64,000 bases of DNA from Candidatus Angelobacter sp. GTDB taxonomy: Bacteria > Acidobacteriota > Terriglobia > Terriglobales > Acidobacteriaceae. The stretch is taken from positions 95,116-159,115 of the forward strand of contig DASTAS010000006.1 of NCBI GenBank assembly GCA_035712465.1, written 5' to 3'. Positions 54,098 to 64,000 of this stretch are shown here, in pieces. The notes below the pieces were generated by a model. It searched no databases. It saw only the letters and a program-made list of their open reading frames with translations, and was not told the DNA's origin. The first letter of the stretch is position 1, and the number at the start of each line of letters is the position of its first letter. The translations under genes were made by a program, and so were the position numbers.

Positions 54098-54643
54098 TTA
54101 AGCTTTTCTGGCCCTGGCCACGGCCTCGCGCGTTTCGCGCTCAGCGGTTCGCCGCCTTTCGGTCTCACGTTTGTCCCAGGTCTGTTTGCCTCGGGCCAAC
54201 GCAATTTCACATTTTATCCTGCCACTCTTAAAGTACATGCGCGTGGGGATCAGCGTGTACCCACGCTGCTGGGTTTTGCCAATCAGCTTGCGCATTTCCT
54301 CTTTATGGATGAGGAGCTTGCGGGTGCGAAGCGGCGCGTGGTGAGCATAGCCGGCATTCTCGTAAGCCCCGATATGCGCGTTCAGCAGCCATAATTCACC
54401 ATCTTTGATTAGTGCGTAGGCGTCTTTGAGGTTAGCTCGGCCTGCTCTCACTGATTTGACCTCAGAGCCTGAGAGCATGATTCCCGCTTCGATGCGGTCC
54501 TCAAGAAAGTAGTTATGGCTGGCCGCACGATTGACGGTCGCGTCGCGTTCGCCGGATGCGATTGGGTCACGCTTGACGTTTTTCGGCTTGTTGGGCTCAG
54601 TTTGGTGAACGCTGTGGCGAGCCATGGCAGCTTTCTGCTGCAT
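54098..54643 (-). CDS. smpB: SsrA-binding protein
   Basis: GIMLSGSEVKSVR, LLNAHIGAYE, RKLLIHKEE, basic C-terminal tail. About 30 extra N-terminal residues; the start may be ATG 54625. Confidence 0.9.
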   Translation of the reverse strand: MQQKAAMARHSVHQTEPNKPKNVKRDPIASGERDATVNRAASHNYFLEDRIEAGIMLSGSEVKSVRAGRANLKDAYALIKDGELWLLNAHIGAYENAGYAHHAPLRTRKLLIHKEEMRKLIGKTQQRGYTLIPTRMYFKSGRIKCEIALARGKQTWDKRETERRRTAERETREAVARARKA

Positions 54644-54829
54644 GCAGCAAAATTTTTATGCTACCACAGCGCAAAGATGGTTACTAAAGACGTTCTGAGA
54701 TTGCGCATGGTTAGGGTATAATCTGGCATTCCAAAAAGGCACTTTTTCCGGGTACGACGAAACAGCAGTTCCTTCAACAACCCCCCTTAAAAGAAGGAGT
54801 TAAGCGACCTCGGGAGTAAGCAGGAGCGT

Positions 54830-57199
54830 ATGAGGAGAGTAGCGAGCACGCTCGCGATTGTACTGATTTTAACAGCGATTTTGCCGGCTGAGTCGGCCAA
54901 GTCTCTTCTAAAAAAGGGACAGCAGGCAGAGGCTCGCGGTGATTATGAATCGGCCTACAATTTTTATCGTGAGGCCTACGATAAGAAACCTGGCGATCTG
55001 GAATACCGTGTGCCCTACGAGCGGACCCGCTTCCTGGCGGCGGCATCCATGGTTCACCGCGGACAGAAACTGCGCGATCAGGGAAAATTGCAGGACGCGC
55101 TGGCCCTGTTTCAAAAAGCCGCTGAAATTGACCCCAGCAACGATCTGGCAGCGCAGGAGATCCGGCGAACGCAGCAGATGATCCAGAAGCAATCGAAGCC
55201 TGCGCCTGCCAAAGCCACCGCGCAGGAGGATGATCCGTTGCGGGACATGCTTGAGGAAGCAACTCCTCCGGTGATGCTGAAGCCGCTGCCTACCTCGCCC
55301 ATCACCGCCCTGACACTGACAGAAGACTCAAAAGTAGCGTATGAGACCATCGCGAGATTAGCCAATCTTAACGTCCTCTTTGATCCTGATTACACATCGC
55401 GTCGTCTTTCGCTTAATTTGAAGAACGTCAGCATTCAGGATGCGCTCGATATCGTGGCGCTGGAGTCGCGCACCTTTTGGCGGCCTGTCACGGCCAACAC
55501 CATCTTTGTGGCGCAGGACACTCAGGCCAAAAGAAGGGAACTGGAACAGAACGTAGTCAAAACTTTTTATCTCGGGAACGTTTCCGGCCCGACAGATTTG
55601 CAGGACATCGTAAACGCCATCCGTACAGTGCTGGAGGTGCAGCGTATCCAGCAGATCCCGTCACAGAGCGCGATTGTCATCAAGGGCACTCCTGACCAAT
55701 TGGCGCTGGCGGAAAAGATGATCAACGACATCGACAAGCCAAAACCCGAAGTGGTCGTCGATGTGGTTGTGGCTCAGGTGCGCCGTGACAAGCTGCGTGA
55801 CTTGGGCATCACGCCTCCGGAAAACGCTTCGGTTGCATTGCAAAACCCACTAACCACAAGCACAACGACCACGGGAACCACTGGCACCAGCGGCACACTG
55901 AATTTCAACGATCTACAGCATCTTAATTCCACGAATTACGCTGTCACCATCGATCCTGTGAAGGCGGTTGCTCTTTTCAGCGACAGTAACTCTAAGCTGC
56001 TGGAGAATCCGCGCATCCGCGCCACGGATAATGAAAAGGCCACCCTGAAGATTGCCGACAAGATTCCGATTGCAACCGGTTCGTTTGGAACCCCCGTTGG
56101 GATTGGCACAGCCACCGGCGCCATCGGCGTGAATACCCAGTTCACTTACACGGACGTTGGTGTAATCCTCGAGATCACGCCCCGCGTACACCCGGACGGC
56201 CAGGTCACGCTCAAGACGGTAATGGAACTTTCAAACCTGAATGGTTCTTCCACCATCGGCGGGATTTCACAGCCCATTATCAGCACCCGGCGCGTAGAGC
56301 ACACCATTCGGCTCAACGATGGTGAGATGAACCTGCTCGGCGGCATCGTGGAAGATCAGCTGACCGATACCACAGGCGGCACTCCGTTTCTGGGCCAGAT
56401 ACCATTGTTGAAGTACCTGTTTTCCGAGCAAAAGAAGGAACGAGTCCAGAATGAAATCGTATTTCTGCTGATTCCTCATATCGTCAGGAACCAGGAGTTA
56501 AATGACATCAATAAGCGCGCCTATGACGTGGGTACCGGCGGCGGCATTGATCTGCATCTCGCGGCTGAGCAGCCGCCGCGCGCAGAAGCTCCTCAACTGC
56601 CAGCCGCTGCCGCAGAAAGACCTGCTGTTGCACAGCCGCAGCCGAATCGGCAGGTCATGGCTCCGCTGGCACGCCCCGCGCTTCCTGCAGGGCCGCCCCG
56701 CGGACCGGTAAGCCAGCCCGAGCGGGCTGAATCGCAGGCAGCCCCGGGAGCACAAAGATCTTCTGGCAGCGACCCTGCCTCCGGTCCGGTGACACTACGC
56801 CTGGACCCGGGCGCCATCTCACAGAAACAGGGGAGCACGTTCTCTGTGAATGTGATGGTGAACCACGGACAGGACATTGCTTCAGTACCGATCGAGATCA
56901 GTTACGATCCCAAGGTGCTGCAGTTCGTCAGTGTGGCGAATGGAGATTTCCTCTCGCGCGATGGGCAGACGGCCGTGCTGGTCCACCGGGATGATCCAGT
57001 CAGCGGCAAGCTGCAGGTTACCGCGCAGCGTCAGCCGGGCAGCCCGGGAATTTCCGGAGACGGAACGGTGTTCAGCCTGGTTTTTGCCGGTAAGGCGAAA
57101 GGTGATGGAAAGATCGCCATCTCAATCCCTGCGGCGCGGAATAGCCGGAACCAGACTCTGGAAGTGCTTGGATCTCAGAGTATTGTTAAAATTGACTAA
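54830..57199 (+). CDS. Secretin (GspD/PilQ family) with N-terminal TPR-like and C-terminal cohesin-like domains
   Basis: Signal peptide. TPR-like helices (res ~30-110). Secretin core (ENPRIRATDNEKATL...VGVILEITPRV...TPFLGQIPLLKYLF). Pro-rich linker. C-terminal beta-rich region VNVMVNHGQDIASVPIEISYDPKVLQFVSV (cohesin call tentative). Confidence 0.85.
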   Translation: MRRVASTLAIVLILTAILPAESAKSLLKKGQQAEARGDYESAYNFYREAYDKKPGDLEYRVPYERTRFLAAASMVHRGQKLRDQGKLQDALALFQKAAEIDPSNDLAAQEIRRTQQMIQKQSKPAPAKATAQEDDPLRDMLEEATPPVMLKPLPTSPITALTLTEDSKVAYETIARLANLNVLFDPDYTSRRLSLNLKNVSIQDALDIVALESRTFWRPVTANTIFVAQDTQAKRRELEQNVVKTFYLGNVSGPTDLQDIVNAIRTVLEVQRIQQIPSQSAIVIKGTPDQLALAEKMINDIDKPKPEVVVDVVVAQVRRDKLRDLGITPPENASVALQNPLTTSTTTTGTTGTSGTLNFNDLQHLNSTNYAVTIDPVKAVALFSDSNSKLLENPRIRATDNEKATLKIADKIPIATGSFGTPVGIGTATGAIGVNTQFTYTDVGVILEITPRVHPDGQVTLKTVMELSNLNGSSTIGGISQPIISTRRVEHTIRLNDGEMNLLGGIVEDQLTDTTGGTPFLGQIPLLKYLFSEQKKERVQNEIVFLLIPHIVRNQELNDINKRAYDVGTGGGIDLHLAAEQPPRAEAPQLPAAAAERPAVAQPQPNRQVMAPLARPALPAGPPRGPVSQPERAESQAAPGAQRSSGSDPASGPVTLRLDPGAISQKQGSTFSVNVMVNHGQDIASVPIEISYDPKVLQFVSVANGDFLSRDGQTAVLVHRDDPVSGKLQVTAQRQPGSPGISGDGTVFSLVFAGKAKGDGKIAISIPAARNSRNQTLEVLGSQSIVKID

Positions 57200-57213
57200 C
57201 AAGCTACTGAAGG

Positions 57214-57699
57214 ATGTGTAAGTTGCCGATCCAGAAAGCCGCGAGAGCCGTTGGCCGGGAGCAGGGCGTTACCCTGCTGGAAATGATTATTGTCATTTCC
57301 ATCCTGCTCATTCTGATGGGAGCGGCTGTGCCTGTGGTCCGCGTCAGCGTAAAGCGTCAGAAAGAAACGGAACTACGCCGCGACCTGTGGCAGATGAGGG
57401 ACGCGATTGACCGCTACCATGATGCGGCCAACAAGAATCTGTTCCAAATCAAATTGGGGACGGAAGGCTACCCTCCGGATCTGGACACTCTGGTCAATGG
57501 AGTTGAGATCGCCGGCGGGAAAAAGCTCAGATTCCTGCGGAAGGTTCCTGTAGATCCCATGACCGGCAACACAGACTGGGGAGAACGCTCCATGCAGGAC
57601 GATCCGCAATCCGACTCCTGGGGCGGACAGAACGTTTTTGATGTTTATACAAAATCCGATGGCACTGGCTTGGACGGCACTAAATATAAGGATTGGTAA
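57214..57699 (+). CDS. Type II secretion/type IV pilin-like pseudopilin
   Basis: Prepilin-type motif G/VTLLEMIIVISILLIL after a long leader. Confidence 0.7.
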   Translation: MCKLPIQKAARAVGREQGVTLLEMIIVISILLILMGAAVPVVRVSVKRQKETELRRDLWQMRDAIDRYHDAANKNLFQIKLGTEGYPPDLDTLVNGVEIAGGKKLRFLRKVPVDPMTGNTDWGERSMQDDPQSDSWGGQNVFDVYTKSDGTGLDGTKYKDW

Positions 57700-57705
57700 C
57701 CGAAG

Positions 57706-58116
57706 ATGACGTTAACATCCCGAGCACCGGCAAAACAGCGCGGTTTCACTCTGATCGAGATGATCATCGTGGTGACCATCATCGCAATTCTTGCAAGCAT
57801 TGCCGTTCCGGTCTATGGAGTCCACCTTCGGCACGCTCATGAGGCGGTTTTGAAGGAAGATCTCTATACCCTCCGCAATGCCATCGACCAATTCACTCAG
57901 GACAAGAACAAAGCCCCACAGGATCTCAATGATCTGGTGAGCGCCGGCTATATCCGCGCGATCCCAAAAGATCCGTTTACCAACAGCAATACCAGCTGGC
58001 AAACCGTGCAGGAAGATGTAATGACGGCCATTGACCAGACCCAGCCCGGTATTACCGATGTCCACAGCGGATCCGACCAAACCAGTTCGGACGGAACCGC
58101 ATATAGTTCGTGGTAA
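57706..58116 (+). CDS. GspG-like pseudopilin
   Basis: KQRG/FTLIEMIIVVTIIAILASIAVP prepilin cleavage/methylation motif. Confidence 0.8.
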   Translation: MTLTSRAPAKQRGFTLIEMIIVVTIIAILASIAVPVYGVHLRHAHEAVLKEDLYTLRNAIDQFTQDKNKAPQDLNDLVSAGYIRAIPKDPFTNSNTSWQTVQEDVMTAIDQTQPGITDVHSGSDQTSSDGTAYSSW

Positions 58117-58275
58117 ACAGTAAAAGCCGAGAGAAAATTCACTCGTAAGGCGACGTCGCTCAGTTGCGTCGATTTGCTCCACGGTGTGGATGTATCGTTC
58201 GTTGCAGTTCTCTTGGATTCGCCGCCGCTCCAGTCCCCAAACCCCCAAAGCCGCTCAATTTGCTACCATTTCCTT

Positions 58276-59958
58276 ATGCCAGTTGAGACGGAAATCCAGA
58301 CGACCAATCTTCCGCCCCTGAAAGCTCCTCACGGAACAGAACTGAGCTGCAAAGGATGGGCCCAGGAAGCCGCCATGCGCATGCTCATGAACAATCTGGA
58401 TGATGACGTAGGCGAGCGCCCTCGTGATCTTGTCGTGTATGGCGGCACGGGAAAAGCTGCGCGCAACCAGAAATGCCTGGATGCAATCCTGGCCGCGCTG
58501 AAGGCTTTGGAGAATGATGAAACCCTGCTGGTTCAGTCAGGCAAGCCAGTAGGGGTCTTCAAAACACATGAATACGCGCCGCGAGTTCTGATCGCCAATT
58601 CCAATCTGGTTGGGCACTGGTCAAACTGGGAAAAATTTAATGAGCTTGAGCGGGCCGGTTTGATGATGTACGGCCAGATGACCGCGGGTTCATGGATCTA
58701 TATCGGGTCACAGGGGATTATTCAGGGTACATTCGAGACTTTTTCGGCGGCGGCGGAGAAGAGCTTTGGCGGCGACCTTGCCGGCAAGCTGATTGTGAGC
58801 GGCGGGATGGGTGGCATGGGTGGCGCTCAGCCTCTGGCCGCCACCATGGCCGGCGCAAGTTTTTTGGGAATCGATGTTGACGCCGAGCGTATCAAGAAGC
58901 GATTGAAAACCGGCTACTGTGACTTCATGGTCAACACGCTCGACGAGGCGCTTCGAATCCTGAAGAATGCAGTTCGCAAGAAGGAAGCTGTCTCTGTTGG
59001 GCTGATCGGCAATTGCGCTGACGTGATTCCCGAATTGGCGGAACGCGGCGTGCTGCCCGATATTCTCACCGACCAGACTTCCGCGCATGATCCGTTGAAC
59101 GGCTACGTTCCCAACGGCATGTCTCTGGAAGCCGCTCTTGAGCTGCGCAAGCGCGACCCGAAGGGGTACCTGGAGCGCTCACTGGACGCGATCGCCCGCC
59201 ATGTTGAAGGGATGTTGCGGCTGCAGAAAATGGGCAGCGTCACTTTTGACTACGGCAACAACATCCGCACATTTGCCTTTGAGCGCGGGGTTAAAAACGC
59301 TTACGATTTTCCCGGCTTCGTTCCGGCGTATATACGTCCGCTGTTTTGTGAAGGGCGCGGGCCATTCCGCTGGGTGGCGCTCTCCGGCGATCCCGCCGAT
59401 ATCGCCGTGACTGACGAGCTTGTGCTTGAGCTTTTCCCGCAAAACCGGATTCTCGACCGTTGGATCAAGCTGGCGCGCAAACGAATCAAGTTTCAGGGCC
59501 TACCCGCGCGCATCTGCTGGCTGGGCTACGGCGAGCGGGCACAGTTCGGGCTGGCAATAAACGAAATGGTGAAGAAGGGCAGGCTCAAAGCGCCTATCGT
59601 GATCGGCCGTGATCATCTCGATTGCGGATCGGTGGCTTCCCCATATCGCGAGACGGAAGGCATGAAGGATGGCAGCGATGCTGTTGCCGATTGGCCTCTG
59701 CTGAACGCCTTGCTGAATACCGCCAGCGGGGCAAGTTGGGTCTCCATTCACAATGGCGGCGGAGTCGGGATCGGTTATTCGCAGCATGCCGGCCAGGTCA
59801 GTGTCGCTGACGGAACTGATGCGATGGCCAAGAGAATTGAGCGTGTACTCACAAACGATCCCGGCATCGGCGTCGCGCGGCATGTGGACGCAGGCTATGA
59901 AGCGGCTGTAACTTTCGCCGAAAAGAAAGGCGTAAAAATCCCGATGCCACGCTCGTGA
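58276..59958 (+). CDS. hutU: Urocanate hydratase
   Basis: [13 protein letters not shown] and typical length. ATG 58276 chosen inside ORF 58174..59958. Confidence 0.95.
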   Translation: MPVETEIQTTNLPPLKAPHGTELSCKGWAQEAAMRMLMNNLDDDVGERPRDLVVYGGTGKAARNQKCLDAILAALKALENDETLLVQSGKPVGVFKTHEYAPRVLIANSNLVGHWSNWEKFNELERAGLMMYGQMTAGSWIYIGSQGIIQGTFETFSAAAEKSFGGDLAGKLIVSGGMGGMGGAQPLAATMAGASFLGIDVDAERIKKRLKTGYCDFMVNTLDEALRILKNAVRKKEAVSVGLIGNCADVIPELAERGVLPDILTDQTSAHDPLNGYVPNGMSLEAALELRKRDPKGYLERSLDAIARHVEGMLRLQKMGSVTFDYGNNIRTFAFERGVKNAYDFPGFVPAYIRPLFCEGRGPFRWVALSGDPADIAVTDELVLELFPQNRILDRWIKLARKRIKFQGLPARICWLGYGERAQFGLAINEMVKKGRLKAPIVIGRDHLDCGSVASPYRETEGMKDGSDAVADWPLLNALLNTASGASWVSIHNGGGVGIGYSQHAGQVSVADGTDAMAKRIERVLTNDPGIGVARHVDAGYEAAVTFAEKKGVKIPMPRS

Positions 59959-61247
59959 CCAGAATTGCAACCAGAAAAGGGCGCTATCTTCTGCTGACCA
60001 ACATTGGCCAGCTTCTCACTCTACGCGGGCCGTCAGCACCGCGGCGGGGGCCGGCTTTGAATGACGTTGCAGTAATTCAAGACGCTGCCGTGCTGTGCGG
60101 CGGAGGAACGATCATCACCGTCGGACGTCGGCAGGACGTCTCCCGCGACGCATGGATCAAGAGCAACAGGAAAAAGGTCATCGAGGTGGATTGCAAGGGG
60201 CGCGTTGTTTTGCCTGGCTTCGTTGATTGCCATACACATCCTGCATTTGTCGAGCCGCGCCTGATCGACTTTGAAAAGCGCATTCATGGGGCAAGCTATG
60301 AGGAGATAGCTGCGGCGGGCGGCGGAATTCGATCCAGCTTGGCCAGCGTCCGCGCTGCCAGCCGAAAGGACTTGAGCAATCATGTGCTCGACGGGCTCCA
60401 CGCAATGCTGAGGCAGGGGACTACGACCGTAGAAGCCAAATCCGGCTATGGTCTAAGCAGTGAAGCGGAAATTAAATCTCTGCAGGCAATTGCTGACGCG
60501 GCAAAGCTCTGGCCGGGGACAGTGACGCCCACCCTTCTTGCCGCACACGTAGTCCCGCCGGAGTATGGGGGAAATGCGGATGGCTACGTAGACACAATTT
60601 GCAACGAAATGATTCCTCTGGTGGCACAAAGAAAGCTGGCTAAATCTGTAGATGTTTTTTGCGAACGCGGCGCCTTTACGCTGGAGCAATCCATAAAAGT
60701 CCTGCAAGCTGCGCGCCTGCACGGACTGGCCACTCGCGCTCATGTCTGCCAGTTCACCCCGTCGCGTCTGGTCGGCCTCTTGAGTTGCGATCCGGCTTCA
60801 CTCGACCACATGGATTGCGTTGGCGATGAAGACGTCAAAAGTTTGTCGAGCAGAGAAACAGTAGCGGTTCTTTTACCCGGCGCAAGTTACTTCCTTGGAC
60901 ATAAAGACTATCCGGACGCGAGAAAGTTGATCGAATCCGGTGTGCCGGTTGCGCTGGCTACAGACTACAATCCCGGAACGTCACCCACGCCGAGCATGCC
61001 GTTCATATTGTCATTGGCGTGTACTCATATGCGCATGACGCCGGCTGAAACCATCGCGGGGGCCACCATAAACGCCGCCTGCGCAGTGCGCCTCCAGGCC
61101 CGGAAAGGCACGATTGAGGCTGGAAAAGACGCTGATCTGGCGGTCGTTGATGTTCGTGATTATAGGGAAATTGCCTACTGGTTCGCCTGGAACCGCTGTG
61201 CTGAAATAATCGTGGCCGGTGAAGTGCAACAAGCGCCCGCAGATTAG
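59955..61247 (+). CDS. hutI: Imidazolonepropionase
   Basis: [10 protein letters not shown] and a C-terminal DLAV.D motif. GTGA overlap with hutU. Confidence 0.9.
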   Translation: MTRIATRKGRYLLLTNIGQLLTLRGPSAPRRGPALNDVAVIQDAAVLCGGGTIITVGRRQDVSRDAWIKSNRKKVIEVDCKGRVVLPGFVDCHTHPAFVEPRLIDFEKRIHGASYEEIAAAGGGIRSSLASVRAASRKDLSNHVLDGLHAMLRQGTTTVEAKSGYGLSSEAEIKSLQAIADAAKLWPGTVTPTLLAAHVVPPEYGGNADGYVDTICNEMIPLVAQRKLAKSVDVFCERGAFTLEQSIKVLQAARLHGLATRAHVCQFTPSRLVGLLSCDPASLDHMDCVGDEDVKSLSSRETVAVLLPGASYFLGHKDYPDARKLIESGVPVALATDYNPGTSPTPSMPFILSLACTHMRMTPAETIAGATINAACAVRLQARKGTIEAGKDADLAVVDVRDYREIAYWFAWNRCAEIIVAGEVQQAPAD

Positions 61248-61271
61248 AGAGGTCGTAAAAAATAGCTGCGA

Positions 61272-62648
61272 ATGAACGCGAAAAGAGCCTATTCACAAAA
61301 AATCGAACGGCAAACAGCTATATCATTCCTCGGCTGTGTGGCGGTCCTTTTCTTTGTTGCATCTGCTTGCGCGCAACAGCCGGTTCGCTTTGCATCACCG
61401 ACTGCCGCAACAATTTCTCGCGCCCCGCAATCCACTCCTGCTCCATCAGCCCTTGGGGCGGCGCAGCACGCGCCACCAGAGCCTGATGTCCAACTCGGCT
61501 CCAGCCCCAGCCCCTCGCCAACTCCCGGCACGGAATTGGCGCCCGCCGGCATTGGATATGGCTTTGTTTTTCCGCAGCTCAACGATCGTGAGATCGTTGT
61601 TACCGCCGTTGGTGATGTCATGCTGGGGTCCACATTCCCTGACGAAACCGGCGGTCTGCTGCCGCCGAATGATGGCGCCGACCTGCTCGCGGAGGTAACG
61701 CCGATCCTTAAGCGTGGCGATGTTGTTTTCGGCAATCTGGAAGGGCCGCTCTATGACGGAGATGAACCCTCCGCCAAGTGCCGCGGGAAGGCGCCGGGGC
61801 ACTGCTATGCGTTTCGCGTACCCACCCGCTACGGCGCGCACCTCAAAGCGGCTGGCTTCACCGTTATGGGACTGGCTAACAATCATGCGATGGATTTTGG
61901 CGAGGACGGTCGCACCAGTTCGCAGCAGACTCTGGACGCCGTAGGTATTGCGCACACGGGCGAAGTCGGGGATATCGCTCACCTTACAGTCAAAGGCGAG
62001 AAGGTGGCGGTGATCGCCTTTGCCACATATCCCGGCGCGTACAACCTGCTCGACCTTGAGGATTCCCTTCAGGCAATCCGGCAAGCCCGCGCTGACGCCG
62101 ACCTGGTCATTGTGGCCTTCCATGGCGGCGGGGAGGGAGCGGCCCACCAGCATGTCCTTCAGGGCGACGAGATGTTCCTGGGGGAGGATCGTGGTGATTT
62201 GCGCCAATTTGCCCATGCCGCAATTGACGCCGGAGCGGGGCTCGTGCTGGGCAGCGGACCACATGTGGTCCGCGGGATGGAGATTTATCAGAGCAAGTTG
62301 ATTGCCTACTCACTGGGAAATTTTGCCACCTATGGTCCATTTAATTTGACTGCAGAGAACGGAATCTCACTCATCCTTGAGGCCCATTTGGCGCCCGATG
62401 GATCATTTATCAGCGGTCAGGTCTATCCGGTGAAGCAGGAAAAGCCGGGCGGCCCCAGACTGGATCCTTCCATGAGTATTTTGCCGGTTCTGCGAAACCT
62501 GTCATTGGAGGATTTTGGGAACAACGGAGTTGCCGTGGGACCCCGTGGCGAACTCCGGCTTCCCGGTATGCCGGCGCCGGAGTGCGCCAACGCGCCGGAC
62601 ATGCTGGATCAGTTGATTGGTACCAGAACCTGTGGAATCTATCCATAA
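61272..62648 (+). CDS. CapA family (poly-gamma-glutamate capsule synthesis-like) metallophosphatase
   Basis: Signal/TM segment. VTAVGDVMLG, FGNLEGPL, LANNHAMDFG, VAFHGGGEG. Confidence 0.8.
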   Translation: MNAKRAYSQKIERQTAISFLGCVAVLFFVASACAQQPVRFASPTAATISRAPQSTPAPSALGAAQHAPPEPDVQLGSSPSPSPTPGTELAPAGIGYGFVFPQLNDREIVVTAVGDVMLGSTFPDETGGLLPPNDGADLLAEVTPILKRGDVVFGNLEGPLYDGDEPSAKCRGKAPGHCYAFRVPTRYGAHLKAAGFTVMGLANNHAMDFGEDGRTSSQQTLDAVGIAHTGEVGDIAHLTVKGEKVAVIAFATYPGAYNLLDLEDSLQAIRQARADADLVIVAFHGGGEGAAHQHVLQGDEMFLGEDRGDLRQFAHAAIDAGAGLVLGSGPHVVRGMEIYQSKLIAYSLGNFATYGPFNLTAENGISLILEAHLAPDGSFISGQVYPVKQEKPGGPRLDPSMSILPVLRNLSLEDFGNNGVAVGPRGELRLPGMPAPECANAPDMLDQLIGTRTCGIYP

Positions 62649-62681
62649 CAGAAGCAGTGCCTGAAAATAAGGAGCAATCGC

Positions 62682-63221
62682 ATGATTAACCGGTACTCCT
62701 TCCTTATTTTGATTTTCGCGGCCGGACCGCTATTCAGCGGTGGACAGTCTGCCCGGATCGCAGACCTTCAACCCCAACTGAGGCAGGCGCTGGCTCATGA
62801 TGATGCCTGCATGGCGCCGTCGCAGGGAGATATCTCAAACCAGGCTCTGCAAAGCCTGGTTGAGACCGAAGAAATCCGTATGGGCGGACATGATGAGGGT
62901 GTTATTGCTGCCCCCCATGATGGTTGCGACTGCCGAAACGGAAACTGCTCAACTTTTGTTTATCTGAAATCAGGGGACGGCTACAAGCTGGCTCTCGAAG
63001 AGCACTTTGCTTCGCTGCACCCGATGAAGATCGTGAAGCACGGCCTGCCTTCGCTCTCAGGGAAGTTTCAGGTAAATCCGGTCCAGGAGGAGACAACGGT
63101 ATTCGACTGGAGCGGCAAAGAATACGAACCATCACTCTGTGCGACTGTTACCCAGCGTAAGAACATCCGCCTGCCCAGCATTGCCCGCCATCCCTGCCGG
63201 GAATCAGTAAAGCGCGACTGA
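62682..63221 (+). CDS. Secreted hypothetical protein (179 aa)
   Basis: Signal peptide MINRYSFLILIFAAGPLFSG. No recognised motif. Confidence 0.5.
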   Translation: MINRYSFLILIFAAGPLFSGGQSARIADLQPQLRQALAHDDACMAPSQGDISNQALQSLVETEEIRMGGHDEGVIAAPHDGCDCRNGNCSTFVYLKSGDGYKLALEEHFASLHPMKIVKHGLPSLSGKFQVNPVQEETTVFDWSGKEYEPSLCATVTQRKNIRLPSIARHPCRESVKRD

Positions 63222-63419
63222 GGTGATTCCCCCTCTTGCATTCATTGGCGCGGTGATAATAATTATCAGGCTGCGGCTCTGGTGTGAAAAAATAGCTCTC
63301 AGTATTTAGTCGAACGCAGCCGGAGATTGCAATACAGATAAGTCCGGCTCATCCTCTTTCCTCCAGGTTTAGTCAGACGCCGCGAGGAGCGGAAGCGTCT
63401 AAATCCAAGGAGTTACCGG

Positions 63420-64000
63420 TTGACTCTCAAGAAATATATTGGCGTTTTAATTTTTGCCTTAATTCCTGTTCTGGCGATAGCTCAGCGCCTTCCGGGAGGG
63501 GTGGTGCCTGAGCACTATGATCTCTCCTTTAGCCCCGATCTCAAGAAAGCGACGTTCAGCGGCGAGGAAACCATTGCTGTCCAGCTGGTCAAGCCTACTG
63601 CCGCAATCACTTTAAATTCGGCGGAGCTTCAATTTCAGAAGGCGGAAATCACGCAAAATGGCAAAACCCAACTGGCAGAGCCCACTTTCAGTCCGGAAAA
63701 GGAGCAGGCGACCTTGAAAGTTGCCGATCCGCTCCAGCGCGGCGTCGCGAGTATTCACATCGAGTTCACCGGCATTCTCAATAACCAATTGCGTGGCTTT
63801 TACCTTGCCAAGACCGGCCTGCGTAATTACGCTGTGACACAATTTGAAGCCACCGATGCCCGCCGCGCTTTCCCATCTTTCGATGAGCCTGCGCTGAAAG
63901 CCACATTTGACATCAGCCTCGTCGTGGATCAGGGCGATACAGCGATTTCCAATGGAAAGATCGTTTCCGACAGTGCTGGTCCTTCCCAGGGCAAACACAC
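63420..64000 (+). CDS. M1-family aminopeptidase N (3' end outside window)
   Basis: Not in the ORF track because it has no stop in the window. AAGGAG sits 7 nt before TTG 63420. Signal peptide present. FEATDARRAFPSFDEPALKATF is the M1 N-terminal signature. Confidence 0.8.
   Translation, partial: MTLKKYIGVLIFALIPVLAIAQRLPGGVVPEHYDLSFSPDLKKATFSGEETIAVQLVKPTAAITLNSAELQFQKAEITQNGKTQLAEPTFSPEKEQATLKVADPLQRGVASIHIEFTGILNNQLRGFYLAKTGLRNYAVTQFEATDARRAFPSFDEPALKATFDISLVVDQGDTAISNGKIVSDSAGPSQGKH

Overview
GC-rich bacterial chromosome segment. It is probably Acidobacteriota; I infer this from two PadR-linked ADOP-type duplicated FtsX permeases and from the style of the intergenic repeats, with no database search. 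Most of the window is housekeeping. It holds xerC/D (partial), a DUF853 ATPase, tRNA-Arg(CCT), two tandem lspA genes with ileS, tonB, argS, larC, metG, tatD and an ECF sigma/anti-sigma pair. It also holds a compact nine-gene arginine operon (argR-C-B-D-F-G-H, a GNAT, argJ) behind tandem ARG boxes, plus glutaminyl cyclase, an AmgK-like kinase fused to a RapZ C-domain next to a MurU-like gene, pepA and smpB. The remaining housekeeping genes are a TPR-secretin-cohesin gene with two pseudopilins, hutU-hutI, capA and the start of an M1 aminopeptidase. The accessory part lies at about 4.4-14.9 kb. First, a 2.5-kb cassette of small orphan genes, including a GIY-YIG nuclease flanked by perfect 18-bp inverted repeats, sits between two ~390-bp direct repeats. 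Second, a visibly AT-richer island (about 8.6-14.7 kb) carries an orphan 448-aa protein and a co-directional minus-strand operon. The operon encodes a PIN-like/TM/winged-helix protein, a helical protein, a 3-TM protein, a proline-rich ORF and a stand-alone SIR2-like protein with intact NADase-type motifs. This SIR2 operon is my top candidate for an undescribed defence/conflict system. All family calls come from motif recognition by eye and none is verified by search.
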